NCBI GenBank assembly: GCA_037447605.1
Contig: CM074812.1
Location: 248,001 to 312,000, forward strand
Direction of reading: 5' to 3'
Source: Zygnema circumcarinatum SAG 698-1b
Taxonomy: Eukaryota > Plantae > Zygnematophyceae
DNA length: 64,000 nucleotides
In this document: piece after piece, positions 23,601 to 35,765 of the stretch
How the letters are laid out: each line of letters opens with the position of its first letter
Numbering within the stretch: the stretch's first letter is position 1
The notes under the pieces: model-generated
The model's input: the letters and a program-made list of their open reading frames with translations, nothing else
What the model was told of the DNA's origin: nothing
Database searches by the model: none
Made by a program: the position numbers and the translations under genes

Positions 23601-25242
23601 ATATGCTAGAACAAGTTCTGCTGAGCTTCAATCGGTAATTGGCGATCTAAAAAACAAGTTAGGCAACTGGAAACCAACTGAAAATGTCAGTTATGTTTTT
23701 CCTACGTTCATCACACGGATGCTTTTCATGCTACTGAAAGCCTCCTCCAGCCTTTTTCGCACGTTTATTCGTTGTGCATCTCTCTTCACTAGACTGCTAC
23801 TGACAGTCCTCTCGACGCTGTCCTGCAGGTGTGCCTTGAAGTGGCGGATTTGGGGCAGGCAAAGGGCTGCAAAGGGAGGCTTTTTTTTTTTAAATCTGAA
23901 GGCGAGCCATAACTGCCCCAATTTGAACGAGTTCTATTCGAAGGAGGAGACCTTTCAGAAGTTGATGGGCCGTGCCCAGTGAAGCTCCTTCTGCAAAAGG
24001 GACCAAACTCTGTCTATCTCTAAAGTAGTGCGCGTACCTGAGCAAGCGTGGAATGATAAGGGATTGACGCACCATGAAGGGCAGGGGACGCATAAAGACA
24101 TAGTTTGGTGTTTTGTCATCGGCCCTAGTTTGGTTTTTAAGGTTCGACAGCCTTGCAGCCTCATGCAGACAGTCGATCGCGGCCTTGGGTTGGCCAGCAG
24201 ACCATGGTCGCATTTCTATTATGTCTATTTCTATCATTTCAGTTTTTTTGCTCTGTTTTTATATCTATCATTTCCATTGTTTTTTTATTTCTTTAATTTC
24301 GCATTTCTATCTTTTTGCTGTTGTGTGGGACTGTGGGTCGACCTGCTCGAAGGCGACTGTGAGTTTGGTGACCGAGAGGGTGCATTCACGCAAATATTTG
24401 TGCCGACTAAGACGAGGACTGACGAACATGACTAACATTCCACTTTAGCGGCTATGCTTGAGTGAATGGGACGTGGTGGATATCAGATTATCTGAAATCC
24501 TTATTGTGCCCGCAATGCCCTAGAGTATGATGGAGTGGTAGTAGTGTCTGCTTGCTTCTTGGGAGAGGTGGGAGGTCGGAGATGGAGGAGGGAGTGGGAA
24601 GGGAGGGAGAGATTTGAAGGAAATGGCTCGAACGATGCACCCGAGGGAGATTTGGATTTCTGTCGAATTCGTCGCTGCGAGGAAAACTGGTCAGGTGGCT
24701 TCGGGCTGTAAGCGTTTCCATGTGCGCAGGTCAGTTCCATTGGCACACGAAGTGGAGAACTTGGAATGTGCAACGACAGAGTGCATAAGACCGTCAGGTA
24801 ACAAATTTGAGTTCTTACAACCATGGCATGACTTGAGTAACGAGCCAATTTTTTGTCAGTCATCCACTTGGAAGAATGGTCGACTAAATTTCATAGTTTG
24901 TTATCATTTCGTACACGGGAATGCGATTATGTACAGGAAAAAAAATTTACAAAGGAGCTGCTTATGACCAAGTCTCCTTCTGACCGACGAACCAAGTCAA
25001 CTGTCTCATGACGGCCAGTCCTGTGGCCCTGAACGGCGCCTAAAGCATTCTTCCTAGTTTCCTATAAACTGAACTAAGCTGATCAGTATAGTATGCATCT
25101 CTTAATCTTAGCTTGGTACAAAAAATGCAAGTGATCAAAATCCAATTTTGTATCAACGTTAGTTGATGCTGCATTTTGGCCCTTGCATGCAGCTCTTTCC
25201 ATTTCACACCTTTCTCAAGGGAGTTCCAAAGACAAAAGACTC

Positions 25243-27513
25243 TCACACCATCTCTTCCGCACTTGGCGCATCCATAGGCCCGGGACTCTCTCCCTCTCCC
25301 TTCCCCTCCCACCCGCCTCCTTCCGGAAGCACCTCCACCTCCACCTCTACGTAATCCTTGGGTTCAACTCCCTTCGCCCCTTTCTCTCTTTCATAAAACA
25401 CGCCGCTATCTATGCTGTAATGCTCCGTTGTCCGTACCTCCTGACAGAGCGCACACAGAGAGCAGGCCAACCATTTGCAAGCATCTGTAGAGTCTGCGCT
25501 CCAACAGCACCATCTTGAAACCGGCAATCGATAAGCTCTACGCATGTGAGCCCTCCAGAGCCCCCCATAAAGTAAACCCACAAATCCCAAAATCCCTCCC
25601 ATCGCAAAAACTAATCCGGAAGGGAGCAGTTCAGCAGCATCAAGGGCGCCGGTGCAGACCAAAAATAGTATTGAAGGACCGATCAGAACTAAAGCAAAGG
25701 TCGAGCTCTGAACCCAACTGGGCCCAAACCCCAACCTTTCCATATTGATCCCAAAAACGCAGAATGGAAAGAGGCATGTTGCAATAGCCACTTTCGGGTT
25801 AGAGCAACATCCTCCAATCAGACTCCCCTGCCACTCGGGATTCTCCACAGCCTTCTGAATCAAGCTGAAGCTTCCGTCTGCTTGGGCTCCTCTTTGAAGC
25901 TTTACGTCCTTAGCTCCCTCTTCCGCGCTCCTATCATAGTCTTCCAACTCCTTGTAGCTCCGTCCCAATGGGCTTGAAGTGATGTGGAAAAATGCCAATA
26001 GGAGAGCTCCCCATGCTATTGAAGAGGTCGAAACCACCGCCCAAAAAGGTCGATCCTCCACGCGAAGAGACCAACAAATAGTTGCGAATGCATAGGTAGA
26101 AATACATGCCACGTGGAGGCAGGAAACCACTAGGGCCATGTGGACCCACTCGTTAGGTTTCCGGGTTCCGTCGCGACTATAGCACGTCCGAAGCTCTTGA
26201 ATGTCTCCCTCTTTCCAACGCCAAAGTTGGAGGCTTTGTCGGCAAAATTTCGGGTGCCAAGCGCAGCACATAAGGGCAAAAAGAGCGTTAATAGTGTGAA
26301 CACAATACTGTACTGCGATTCCCCGCTCCGCTTTGTTCTTGATGAGAGGATTCAGAACTCCAGCTTCGAGGAGGCTCAGGGCGGCGGTAGTCACTGTGAC
26401 AAAAATGCACCAGAATACAAAGACGACATTTGCTGGGTCCAATAGAAAGTTCGAAGCAGAAGCAGAAATATCGCTCCATGTGAAAGATCCGACCAACGGC
26501 AACTTCTTCTTAGTCTTCCGGAGTCGAAATCGCTTCGTCCTTTTGGGAATTTCAGGAGGAGGAGCTTTGGGCGGCTCGGGGAGTCCTTCATCTTCCAAAG
26601 GAACAAACGGTTTGGGAGGAACTGGGAGTTCCGGCGGAAAGTCAACCCCTCTAGGCGAACCTGTGAAGTCAAAAAAACTGGGTGGTATGGATAGAGAGGG
26701 TTCAGAAAACAAGGGGCGTGGAGGAGGAGGAGGTGGACCTTCAGGACTTGAAAGGGAGGAGGAGGGACTTGAGGGTTCAGAAACATCTGCCGACTCGCCA
26801 GGATCGAAGGGTTCAGGATAAGCGCCTTCTTCAGAAAGAACTGAGAGCTCTGGGGCTTCCTCAGGCTCGGAGGGTTCAGGAGGAACCTCAGTGAGAGCTT
26901 CAGGCTCTGAAACTGAGGAGGGTTCAGGAAGCTGATGAGAAAATCTGGACCGTCCAGGGGATCTGGACGGCGTGGGAGACCCCACGGGGCTTAGAGGGAG
27001 AGGTTTCCGGGAACCAAAAAATTTGGGGGTTGAAGGAGGGCTGAGGTGAGTGGGGTTCAGAAGAGTTTCCGAAGCTTTGGTCGGAACCATTACTTTCCAA
27101 GTTAAGGAAGGAACTCGCGCGGAAGCTGCCTCCCTTTCCGCCACAAACTTCTTGAATGATTGGCTGGGAGTGAGAAAAGCCTGCAGAGCCGGAGTGAGAG
27201 TCCGTGTAGGGAGAGAAGGGGGAGAGACAGTGGGAGAGGGAGTGGAGACGGAGCCGGGAGAGAAAGCTTCAGTTGGAGACATTGAAGGAGATTCCAACTC
27301 ATCGAAAGCAGGAAGCCTTTTCATTCTCCATGTTTCAAACATGTCTCGTGGATTGTCTTCCGTGTCCACAGTTGATCCTGTTCCAGACTCGATGTCAATA
27401 GTTGAACTCTCCGTTGCTCCTTCGACACCGCTCTTTTCTATGTATCTTGTTTGACGTCTCATTGAAGGGAGTGGATCCTCTCTCAACGCGCTTCCACTCG
27501 ATTCACCTTCCAT
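25243..27513 (-). CDS. PLAC8-family protein with DUF2985-like membrane region and a long Ser/Pro/Glu-rich N-terminus (756 aa, intronless CDS)
   Basis: Long clean ORF; LLDPANVVFVFW...WHPK...YSRDGTRKPNEW region and C-terminal PEWQGSL..CC...TCLFPFCVFGINMERLGFG...CSLCALCQE PLAC8 motif. Start taken at MEGESS (ATG at 27513) because a splice acceptor lies near 27652. Confidence 0.88.
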   Translation of the reverse strand: MEGESSGSALREDPLPSMRRQTRYIEKSGVEGATESSTIDIESGTGSTVDTEDNPRDMFETWRMKRLPAFDELESPSMSPTEAFSPGSVSTPSPTVSPPSLPTRTLTPALQAFLTPSQSFKKFVAEREAASARVPSLTWKVMVPTKASETLLNPTHLSPPSTPKFFGSRKPLPLSPVGSPTPSRSPGRSRFSHQLPEPSSVSEPEALTEVPPEPSEPEEAPELSVLSEEGAYPEPFDPGESADVSEPSSPSSSLSSPEGPPPPPPRPLFSEPSLSIPPSFFDFTGSPRGVDFPPELPVPPKPFVPLEDEGLPEPPKAPPPEIPKRTKRFRLRKTKKKLPLVGSFTWSDISASASNFLLDPANVVFVFWCIFVTVTTAALSLLEAGVLNPLIKNKAERGIAVQYCVHTINALFALMCCAWHPKFCRQSLQLWRWKEGDIQELRTCYSRDGTRKPNEWVHMALVVSCLHVACISTYAFATICWSLRVEDRPFWAVVSTSSIAWGALLLAFFHITSSPLGRSYKELEDYDRSAEEGAKDVKLQRGAQADGSFSLIQKAVENPEWQGSLIGGCCSNPKVAIATCLFPFCVFGINMERLGFGPSWVQSSTFALVLIGPSILFLVCTGALDAAELLPSGLVFAMGGILGFVGLLYGGLWRAHMRRAYRLPVSRWCCWSADSTDACKWLACSLCALCQEVRTTEHYSIDSGVFYEREKGAKGVEPKDYVEVEVEVLPEGGGWEGKGEGESPGPMDAPSAEEMV

Positions 27514-28874
27514 GGTTCTTGATCTCAGAAGTGAATCCCGTCGCAAGTTCAACTTCTCTTTCCCGGTTGAAGGAGTGTTGGGAGGTGGATCCGTCCGCTT
27601 CTTTTCGCCTCTCCGGCGGGTCCACTTCTTTTGAGTCGGTAAAGAGGTTGACCTGCAAAAGCGAAAGGAATAAGAAGAATGGTGACTGGAGCAAATCATC
27701 ATTACAGAGTAATTTTATTGCTCAATTTTTAAATTTCTTTACAAGATGTCTGGGGGTGTTTGGTTCTCATAAAACAAAAAAAGACAGAACAAAAAAAAAA
27801 AAGAAAAACACCGTCTTCTACGTCACATCTTCTTTTTAAGCACAATGCAAATTAAAGAAATAAATAGAGTAACGGTATTTTTGCATTAAAATTCACACGA
27901 TCTGCAAACTAACAGACATTGCTTCATTTTTATTGTTTAAATAAATTTTTTAGAATCTAAAGAGGATAGAAGCCCACTTTTCAATGGTCAGAGGAGGCGG
28001 CCTCGACTGCCCCAAACTCGAAGTCCGCTTCTCCGGATTCATCGTACGGTCCAAGAGAGAAAAATGCCAAGGTTCTATGTGGGCCAATCACAAAAATCCG
28101 TTACAGGAGAATGAGAGCAAATTGGAAATTTACCTTCCCGAGTTTCAAGCGAATTTCACTGCGTTTCTATGCCCAGGAGCCTTCAGAAATTCAGACACTC
28201 AGGACCGACCTCTCTGATTTTCCTTGATCTCTAACTCTCCCTCTTACCTCCACTAATCCCCCATTCGCTGCTCCGACCTCTCTCCCTCTCTCCCGCTTTG
28301 CTCCACTTCCACTCTGCCTCTCTCCCTCCCTCCCTCCCTTTCTCTCCCCCCCTCTCTCTCCTCTCTCTCCCTCTCTCTCCCACACTCCGTCTCTCCTTCT
28401 CTCCCTCTCCCTCTCCCTCTCTTCCTCTCTTCCTCTCTCCCTCTCTCCCACTCTTCCTCTCTCGTTCTCTCCCTCTCTCCCTCTCCCCTCTCGCACTCTC
28501 TCTGCCCTGAATTCCGTCTTGTCCAGCCCCCAGTTTACACTTCTTATCCCAACCCGACCCTCCCGTTCATCCGTCTCCCTCTAACTTCACCATATCTGTC
28601 GTCAGCTAACGCCTGCTTCCCTTGCTCGCTCGCGCTCTCTCTCTCTCACTGTGCCCTGATCAGCCTCTCCCCCTTCATCCTCTCTCTCTCCCTCTCCTCT
28701 ATCCTCTCACCCTTCTCTCTCCATCTCTCTCTCTCTCTCTCGCTCTACCTCCCCCCCGTCCTCTCCCACCCTCTCCCTCCCTCCCTCCCCTCTCCCTCCC
28801 CTGCGAACGTCGGTGGCAGCGGCGCGCGGTCGGCGGCGGCCGCCAAGCCGCGGCGTTCGCTCGTGCAGACAAGA

Positions 28875-29000
28875 CCGGCAGCCAATCAACGTCGGCGGTA
28901 TTTTTCGTACACCTGTACGGAGATGCGAGTCGTGGAGGCGTTACTGAATGTACGGCCACGCACCGATTGGCTGAAAGAAAAGCATACGGCGCCAATGAGA
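28875..29000. promoter_or_regulatory. CCAAT-box cluster between the PLAC8 gene 5' region and the divergent tRNA-Phe
   Basis: GCCAATC near 28880, GATTGGC near 28965 and GCCAATG near 28991. Motif match only. Confidence 0.3.
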
Positions 29001-29060
29001 GCCTTTCTAGGTGTGTGTTGTAATTGTTTTAATAAATACTATTATACAAACTTAACATCG

Positions 29061-29065
29061 GCGGG

Positions 29066-29108
<43 letters not shown>

Positions 29109-29133
29109 GCGTGTTCGATCCACGCTCACCGCA
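29061..29133 (+). tRNA. trnF(GAA): tRNA-Phe(GAA), cytosolic plant type
   Basis: 73-nt cloverleaf GCGGGGATAGCTCAGTTGGGAGAGCGTCAGACTGAAGATCTGAAGGTCGCGTGTTCGATCCACGCTCACCGCA with A and B boxes and an AT-rich upstream flank. Confidence 0.98.
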
Positions 29134-29761
29134 TTTCCTTATTCACTGCTCTATTTTTTCATTGTTTCGTGGTTTCTTTCACCGGCGAAAACAAAAGAAA
29201 GGCTTTCCACTCTACAGTTATGCGACTCCCGAGAGATTCTCACCTTCGATCTGCAGACCTTTTTTTTTTTTTTTTTTTTTCTGTTTTTTGTTTCTTTAGC
29301 CGTTCAGCAGACTTGGATGCCTCTCTCAAAGAGAACTCGATGCTATTCTATTTGGATGAACGCTTGTTGAGATCGACCAATCACGCGTTTAAGAGGAATT
29401 ATTTAAATCACCAAACCAATGCCTTACTCCCAAGGAGAATCTCTGATTTTTATTTCTCGTTTTTCTTATTTTATGTGTGTGTTGATTCAGACCCAAATCA
29501 GAATTAGAGTTTGTTTGGGGCACCAGCTTCCCCTTTAGTCAAGGTAAATTTCAAGCAACGAACATGGGCAACCAGTAAAACACGAACCCACATAAGCAAA
29601 CCTTAAAACTGGGTCAAAAACGTTCGTATTCCAAATATTTGGTAACAGCGGCGTACATTTGCCTTCTCACAAGGACCTTCTACCTCTCCCACCCTCTCCT
29701 CTCCCACCCTCCCCTCTCCCATCCTCTCCTCCCCCCTCCCCCCCCCTGTCTCTCTCCCACC

Positions 29762-32700
29762 CTACCTCTTCCCCACCTTACTCTTTCCTTGCCCCTTATG
29801 ACTCTTCTGCCCTTTCCTTACCCCCCCCACTCTTGCCTTCAACCTCTCCCTAATTCCGCTCCCCTCTCCCTTCTTCCCTCCCTTCGTCTTCAGCACGCTC
29901 GCCATCCCCTTCCTCGCAGCCGCCCTCTTCCCCTCCCTCCGATTCAGCATCTTCGGATCCAACGGCCAATAGGCATGCGGCTCAAGCTTCCCCTCCAACT
30001 TCGTATCTCCTCCTCCTCTCCCTCCTTTCGCCACCTTCCCTTTGCTCGCAGCATACTCCTCCCCTGTATAGGCCCACCCCTTAATTCGCTTATTCTTGCG
30101 AGCAGACTCATCCCTCTCACTGAATAACGTGCGGCCCTTCTCTTGGGAATCTCGCTTCTTATTTTTTCTCTGTAATCCTCTCTCTCTCCCTCTCCTCTCT
30201 CCCTCGCCTCCTTCTCCCTCCTCGTCATCTCGGAGCCGTTTCCGGCTCCATTTTCCCTCGTCTTCAATGATAAGGCGCCCGTCTTCTGCCGTTTCTATGT
30301 CCTCGTCTTCAGTTTTAGATCCGTTCTTAACGGGCGCAGAAAGCACACGGCGCGTCCGATCTGCGTCGAGAAGATCCAACGGCTCATCTTCGCCGATCAC
30401 TGCATCCTCTGGTAGTCGAGTATTCAGTTTCCGGTTACGCATAGACCTGCACATGGAACACCGTTAAAGGGTAAGGATCGGCGAACTAGGAATTCTATGT
30501 AAGCCAGATTATGGGCTTGTAAAAGGCCCATTCAGTTCCCTTTTTTTTTTGCTTTTTATGTTTTGTTTTGTACCTTACTGAAATACGTAGCCAGCCAAAT
30601 CAAAACTCACTTAGCAGAAGCAGCTGAGATATATTTCCTCGAGCGAATGTCTCCTTCACTTCTCCCTTGAGTGGAGGCGAAGTCTTCATCTTCATCGCCG
30701 GCAGATTCGTCATCTGAAAATATGTCCGTATGATTCCACTGACTTTTCCTGCAGTGCAGCCAAAAAAAAAAAAAAAAACCCAAATAAAAATGTATATGAG
30801 TCTAGAGAAGATTCATTGAAATCCATTCATCCCCATTTATCCAATTCCTCCTTAACTGGGACCCCCCTAAAATACACCCCTTTTTATACCCCCCACTACC
30901 ATATAAAAAATAGGTCTTCACAATACCCTGAGAGTCAAGTGAGATAATGTAAAAGGGAGGGGAGGAGAGAGTGGTAGGGGGAGAGACAGCGAGAGAGAGA
31001 GAGAGAGGGAGGGAGGGAAAGACTAAGAGAAAAAGCGAGAGAGAGGGAGAGAGGACCTTACCTTGCTGTGCTCGCTCTCGACTTGCCAGCTGTCGACTTT
31101 TCCTCTCCCGCTTCGCTCATTCCGGCCCTCTTTTTCCGCTGCTCTCGTTCGTTGGTCTGAACGAAAGAAAGGCCAAAAGAGAAGAAAAGAAAAACACATA
31201 AAAAAAAAATTATACTAATCATTTCACGAACTCCTACTGCTCGGAAACGTTTGCCAAAAGGTTCCTTCCATACCAACTTAAGGTCCCTCTCTCCCTCTCT
31301 CCCTCTCCCTCTCTCTTTTTCTCTCTCCCTCGCACTCTCTCTTTATCTTTCTCTCTCTCGCTCTCTCTCCCTCTCTCTCTTTATCTTTCTCTCTCTCTCG
31401 CTCTCTCCCTCTCTCTCTCTCTCTCGTTTTCTCTCTCCCTCTCACTCTCTCTCTTTATCTTTCTCTCTCTCGCTCTCTCTCCCTCTCTCTCTTTATCTTT
31501 CTCTCTCTCTCTCGCTCTCTCTCCCTCTTTCTCTTTCTCTCTCCCTCTCACTCTCTCTCTTTATCTTTCTCTCTCTCCCCCCTCTCACCTTCCGAATGTG
31601 TGTGAGTAGCTTCAAATGCTCTTCCGGCATCGCTCTCGCCACCACATCATATCCGCACCTTCGGACCAACCGCTCCAAAATAACGCGAACCTGAAACCTC
31701 CCTCCGCCAACCCCAACAGTGTCATTATAAATAAAAAATAGAAGGAAGTGGGAAAGGGGAGAAGGCCCGGGGGGTGGGGGAAGGGGGGAGAGGTGTGAGG
31801 GAAATGAATGAATGAATGAGATCACTTGACATTAAAGCTACACAACATCATTTCTAGTTCATTCATTTCTGATTCTGAATCATCAACGAGCGAAGGCACA
31901 CTCCTCTTTCTCTCCCTCTCTAGCGCTCTCTCTCTTCCTCTTCTCCACCCTCCACAGTCTCCCGATTTCTCTCTCTCCCTCCCCCACTCCCTATCTTTAG
32001 CTCCCCCTCCCCCACTCTCTCTCCCCCTCCCCCTATCTCCATCCCCCTCCAAATCCCTCTCGCCCTCTCCCTATCTCTATCCCACCTCTCCCCTCCCTCT
32101 TCCCCACTCCACCTCTCCCTCCCTCCCTGTCCCTCTCCTTCTCCCTCTCCCTCTCTCACCTTCATCTTGAAGTGGTTCTTGGAGTCCTGACACCAAAGGA
32201 GCAGACCCTCCAGAAGGCTCGGCACGTGCGGCTCCAACTCCTCTCCAGGCAGTCTCACTACCACCACTTTGGCCAGCCCCAGTACCGACTACCACACCCC
32301 AAAAAAAAGAAACCTTTTTATTTATTTAATTATTTATTAATTTACTCGGATACAGAACGACCACTCATCTTTGTCCAATCAATATGATACAAAGATATCT
32401 AGTATCTCCAGGGATTAAGCCCGGAAAACCTCGGCTTCCAAAGCACTACCACACCACACCCTCACCTCTCTCCCACACACTTCGCTGCCCCTCGCCTCCT
32501 CTCTTCCTAATCTCCCCTCCTCGCCACTCCTCACTCCCCCTCTTCTACCCTCTCCTTGCCCTACTCTCTTCATCTCTCTCCTCCCCTCGCCCTATTCTTC
32601 CCCTCCCCTCCCCTCCTCACTTCTCCTCTCCCCACCTCTCCCTCCTCTAACCTCCTCCCCCCTCTCCCTGCACTCCCTTCTCTCCCCTCCTCTCCCTCCC

Positions 32701-33048
32701 CTCCTCCCTCGCCTCCCCCACCTCTCTCCCTCCCTCCCTCTCCTCCACTCTCCCTTGCCCCCCTCTGTCCCTCCTTCCCCCCCTGTCTCCGTCCCTTTCC
32801 TCTTCCCTCCCTCCCACCTCCCTCACTCCCCTCCCCCTCTCCCTTCCCCCCCCCCCCCCTCCCTCTTCCTCCCCCTCACCCACCTTAACGACCTCCCTGC
32901 TCTTACTCCTGAGCAGCAGCAGCGCGGCCGGCAGCAGCTCCGGGACGGTGCGGAGGAGAGCGAAGGAGAACTCATAAAGGAGGCGGGAGAGAGCCGTCAC
33001 AGAGGCGCTCACCATATGGGAGGAGGCTCCCGCCAACCCGGCTACCAC

Positions 33049-33103
<55 letters not shown>

Positions 33104-35702
33104 AAAAGGAAAAAAAGTCAATGAGAAACCTTCGAGTTTTTAATGTGTCTCCTCCACTCTCTCTCTCCTCCTCGCCACATATTTGCTCGCTCTTCCACTC
33201 TCTCTCTCTCCCTCTCTCTCTTGACCCCTCCTCAGGCTCTCTCCCTCTCCCTCACTCTCCTCGCCCTCGCCCTCCCTCCTCTCTCCCCTCTCTCACTCAC
33301 CATGTTGAAGAACTTGAGCAGCCCCTCTGAAGGGGTCCCATTGGCCTCCATGCTGCGGGGGATCGCCACAAGCAGGTCATAGGCGGCAGTTCTCGTCTTG
33401 GTGTTTGCCTGTGTGAGAGAGAGAGAGAGAGGGGGATAGAGAGACAGAACGAGAGAGAGCGAGTGAGAGAGAGAGTGTGAGGGGGATAGAGAGACAGAAC
33501 GAGAGAGAGAGAGAGTGAGAGAGAGAGTGTGAGGGGGATAGAGAGACAGAACGAGAGAGAGAGAGAGAGAGAGAGTGTGAGGGGGATAGAGAGACAGAAC
33601 GAGAGAGAGAGAGAGAGTGAGAGAGAGTGTGAGGGGGATAGAGAGACAGAACGAGAGAGAGAGAGAGTGAGAGAGAGAGGGGCGATCACTAAATGACCTT
33701 CACCATTATCCATATATGTGCACGTGCCCATTTTCAAGCAGAAAAAATGGGACGAAGGATGAAATAGAAGCTCTACCTCTTTTGTGGCCAAAATAATTTC
33801 ACTCAAGAGAGCAGCAACGGCCTCCTCCTTTTTCGACTCCCTTTTCTGTTCAGTTCCGCCCTTCAAATCAAAATGGTGCTTTACGCAAGCACTCAATCCC
33901 AGCAAATCCCCAAAAAGCAATGCAACAAAAACACTAAAAAGCGGCAGAAGTATCATTTGCATCAATCACCCTTTAAACCCCAAATCCCCAAAACCCTTCA
34001 AAACTTTTAAAACCCTAAAAAACCGTACCCCCCCCTCCTCCCACCTGCAGGAGGTGAGCGATGACGTGGCGCAGTGCGAGCAGCCGGTGTCGTTTAGCGG
34101 AGGAGGGGCACACGGAGAGAGAGGCGAGAAGATGCTCCAAAAGGTCCTCCGCCTGCTCCTCTACAAACTTCTCGTCTGCCTGCATATACCCCATTTGTAC
34201 CCAAACCCGTTTGAAATAAACGGTAATACTCTCTCTCTCCCTCTCTCTCTCTCTCTCTCACTCACTCTCTCTCTATATTTTCCCTCGTCATATCTCCCCT
34301 CAACTTGTCTCCTTTCTGTTTCTCCTCACCTGCCTCTTTCTCCCTCCCTCCTTCCTAAGTTTCCTCTCCCCTTCTCACTCTTCTTTCCCTTCCTCCTCTT
34401 TTTCCCTTCCTGCTCCCACTCTCTCACCCGGTCTCTCGCTCTCTCAATGTATACATAATGCAACGGAGCCCCATCGTAAGAATGTAAATATGCAGAACTG
34501 AGAGCAATAAGGTAGTCGGGTAGTTGCGGCTTTTGTAATTTTTTAAAATATAAGGGGTTCATAGAATAAAGGTAAATTCTGAAGGTAGTTTCTTGTAGTC
34601 TTTTCAGTTCTGTTCCACAATCAGTTAGTCAGTTGCGCATAGAACGGCTCACCTCGCACAGTCGAGCAAGCAGCTTGTAAGCCTTCTTTTGTACGGCCGG
34701 ATCTCCGTCCTTTAAAGGAAAATAAAAAGGAAAAAGAAAGAAAAAAATAAAACAATGAGAAAATAAAACCGATAGGAGAGAGGTGACATTTTATTACTTC
34801 AAAACGGTGCAAAACTTCGCCTTTTTTCCTCACTTCTCGTTTTTTTTTGTTTTTTTTATTTTACCTGCAGAGCGGGCCTTGCAGTAACATACAAAGCAGA
34901 CCTCGCCTCCGCGTCCAACCCCGGCACCATGCACACCGCCAGGTCCATGAAAGTGCACCTGGACGCCACTCATGACCACATGCATCGGCCCTTCATGGGT
35001 CAGAGGCCCACTGCGATGCAATTATGGGTGGGAGAGGGAGAGGTAGTGAACGTGGAGGGTGGGCGAGTCGAGATGGCGGAGGGAGAGGGAAAAGGACGGG
35101 GACGGGGAGAGGGAGAGGGAGAGGGAGAGGGAGAGGGAGAGGGNNNNNNNNNNGAGAGGGAGAGGGAGAGGGAGAGGGAGAGGGAGGGAGAGGGAGGGAG
35201 AGGGAGGGACAGGGCTGTGAGGAAGGGGAAGAGGGCGGGAAAGGGTGTGGGAGTGGGAGAGGAAAAGGAGTGCGGGCGAGGACGAAGGAGAGGGAGAGGG
35301 AGAGGACGGGGGAGGAAGAGGGAAAGGGAGGGAGAGACTGTTAAGCAACCCTTACCTTCGAGCCGCTGCCTTTTCAGAGGTTTCAGAAGTGTCCATGGCT
35401 ACCCCCTCCCCCTCCCTCTCCCTCCCCTTCGCCTGCTCCTTGGTCGCTTCCAAAAGTTTTTGCATCACAGCGACAAAGAAACTTTTTACAGTCGCCACAT
35501 CGGAGATGCTCACATAGGCCGCAATAACTTGCTGTTGGCCCCACCCCCCACCCCCCCCCCAAAAAAAAAGGAAAAAGAAAAAACAATAGTCAAACACAAA
35601 GACATGCACCCACATCACTCCCTTTCTAGTCGCTTTAACTGACAGAAAAATTACATAAATCCAGAAAATAGGGCAAGTAGTAGTAGGCACTGATAAGTGC
35701 CA

Positions 35703-35765
<63 letters not shown>

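Noticed and set aside
23890-24237. Minus-strand ORF starting IEIDIIEM, resembling the GH16 EIDIxE catalytic motif
   Set aside because: The motif is encoded by the complement of a T-rich stretch, and no other GH16 features or splice structure support it.
27514-27702. 63-aa N-terminal extension of the PLAC8 ORF (819-aa version)
   Set aside because: It starts at a non-ATG codon and crosses a splice acceptor near 27652; it is more likely 5' UTR or intron.
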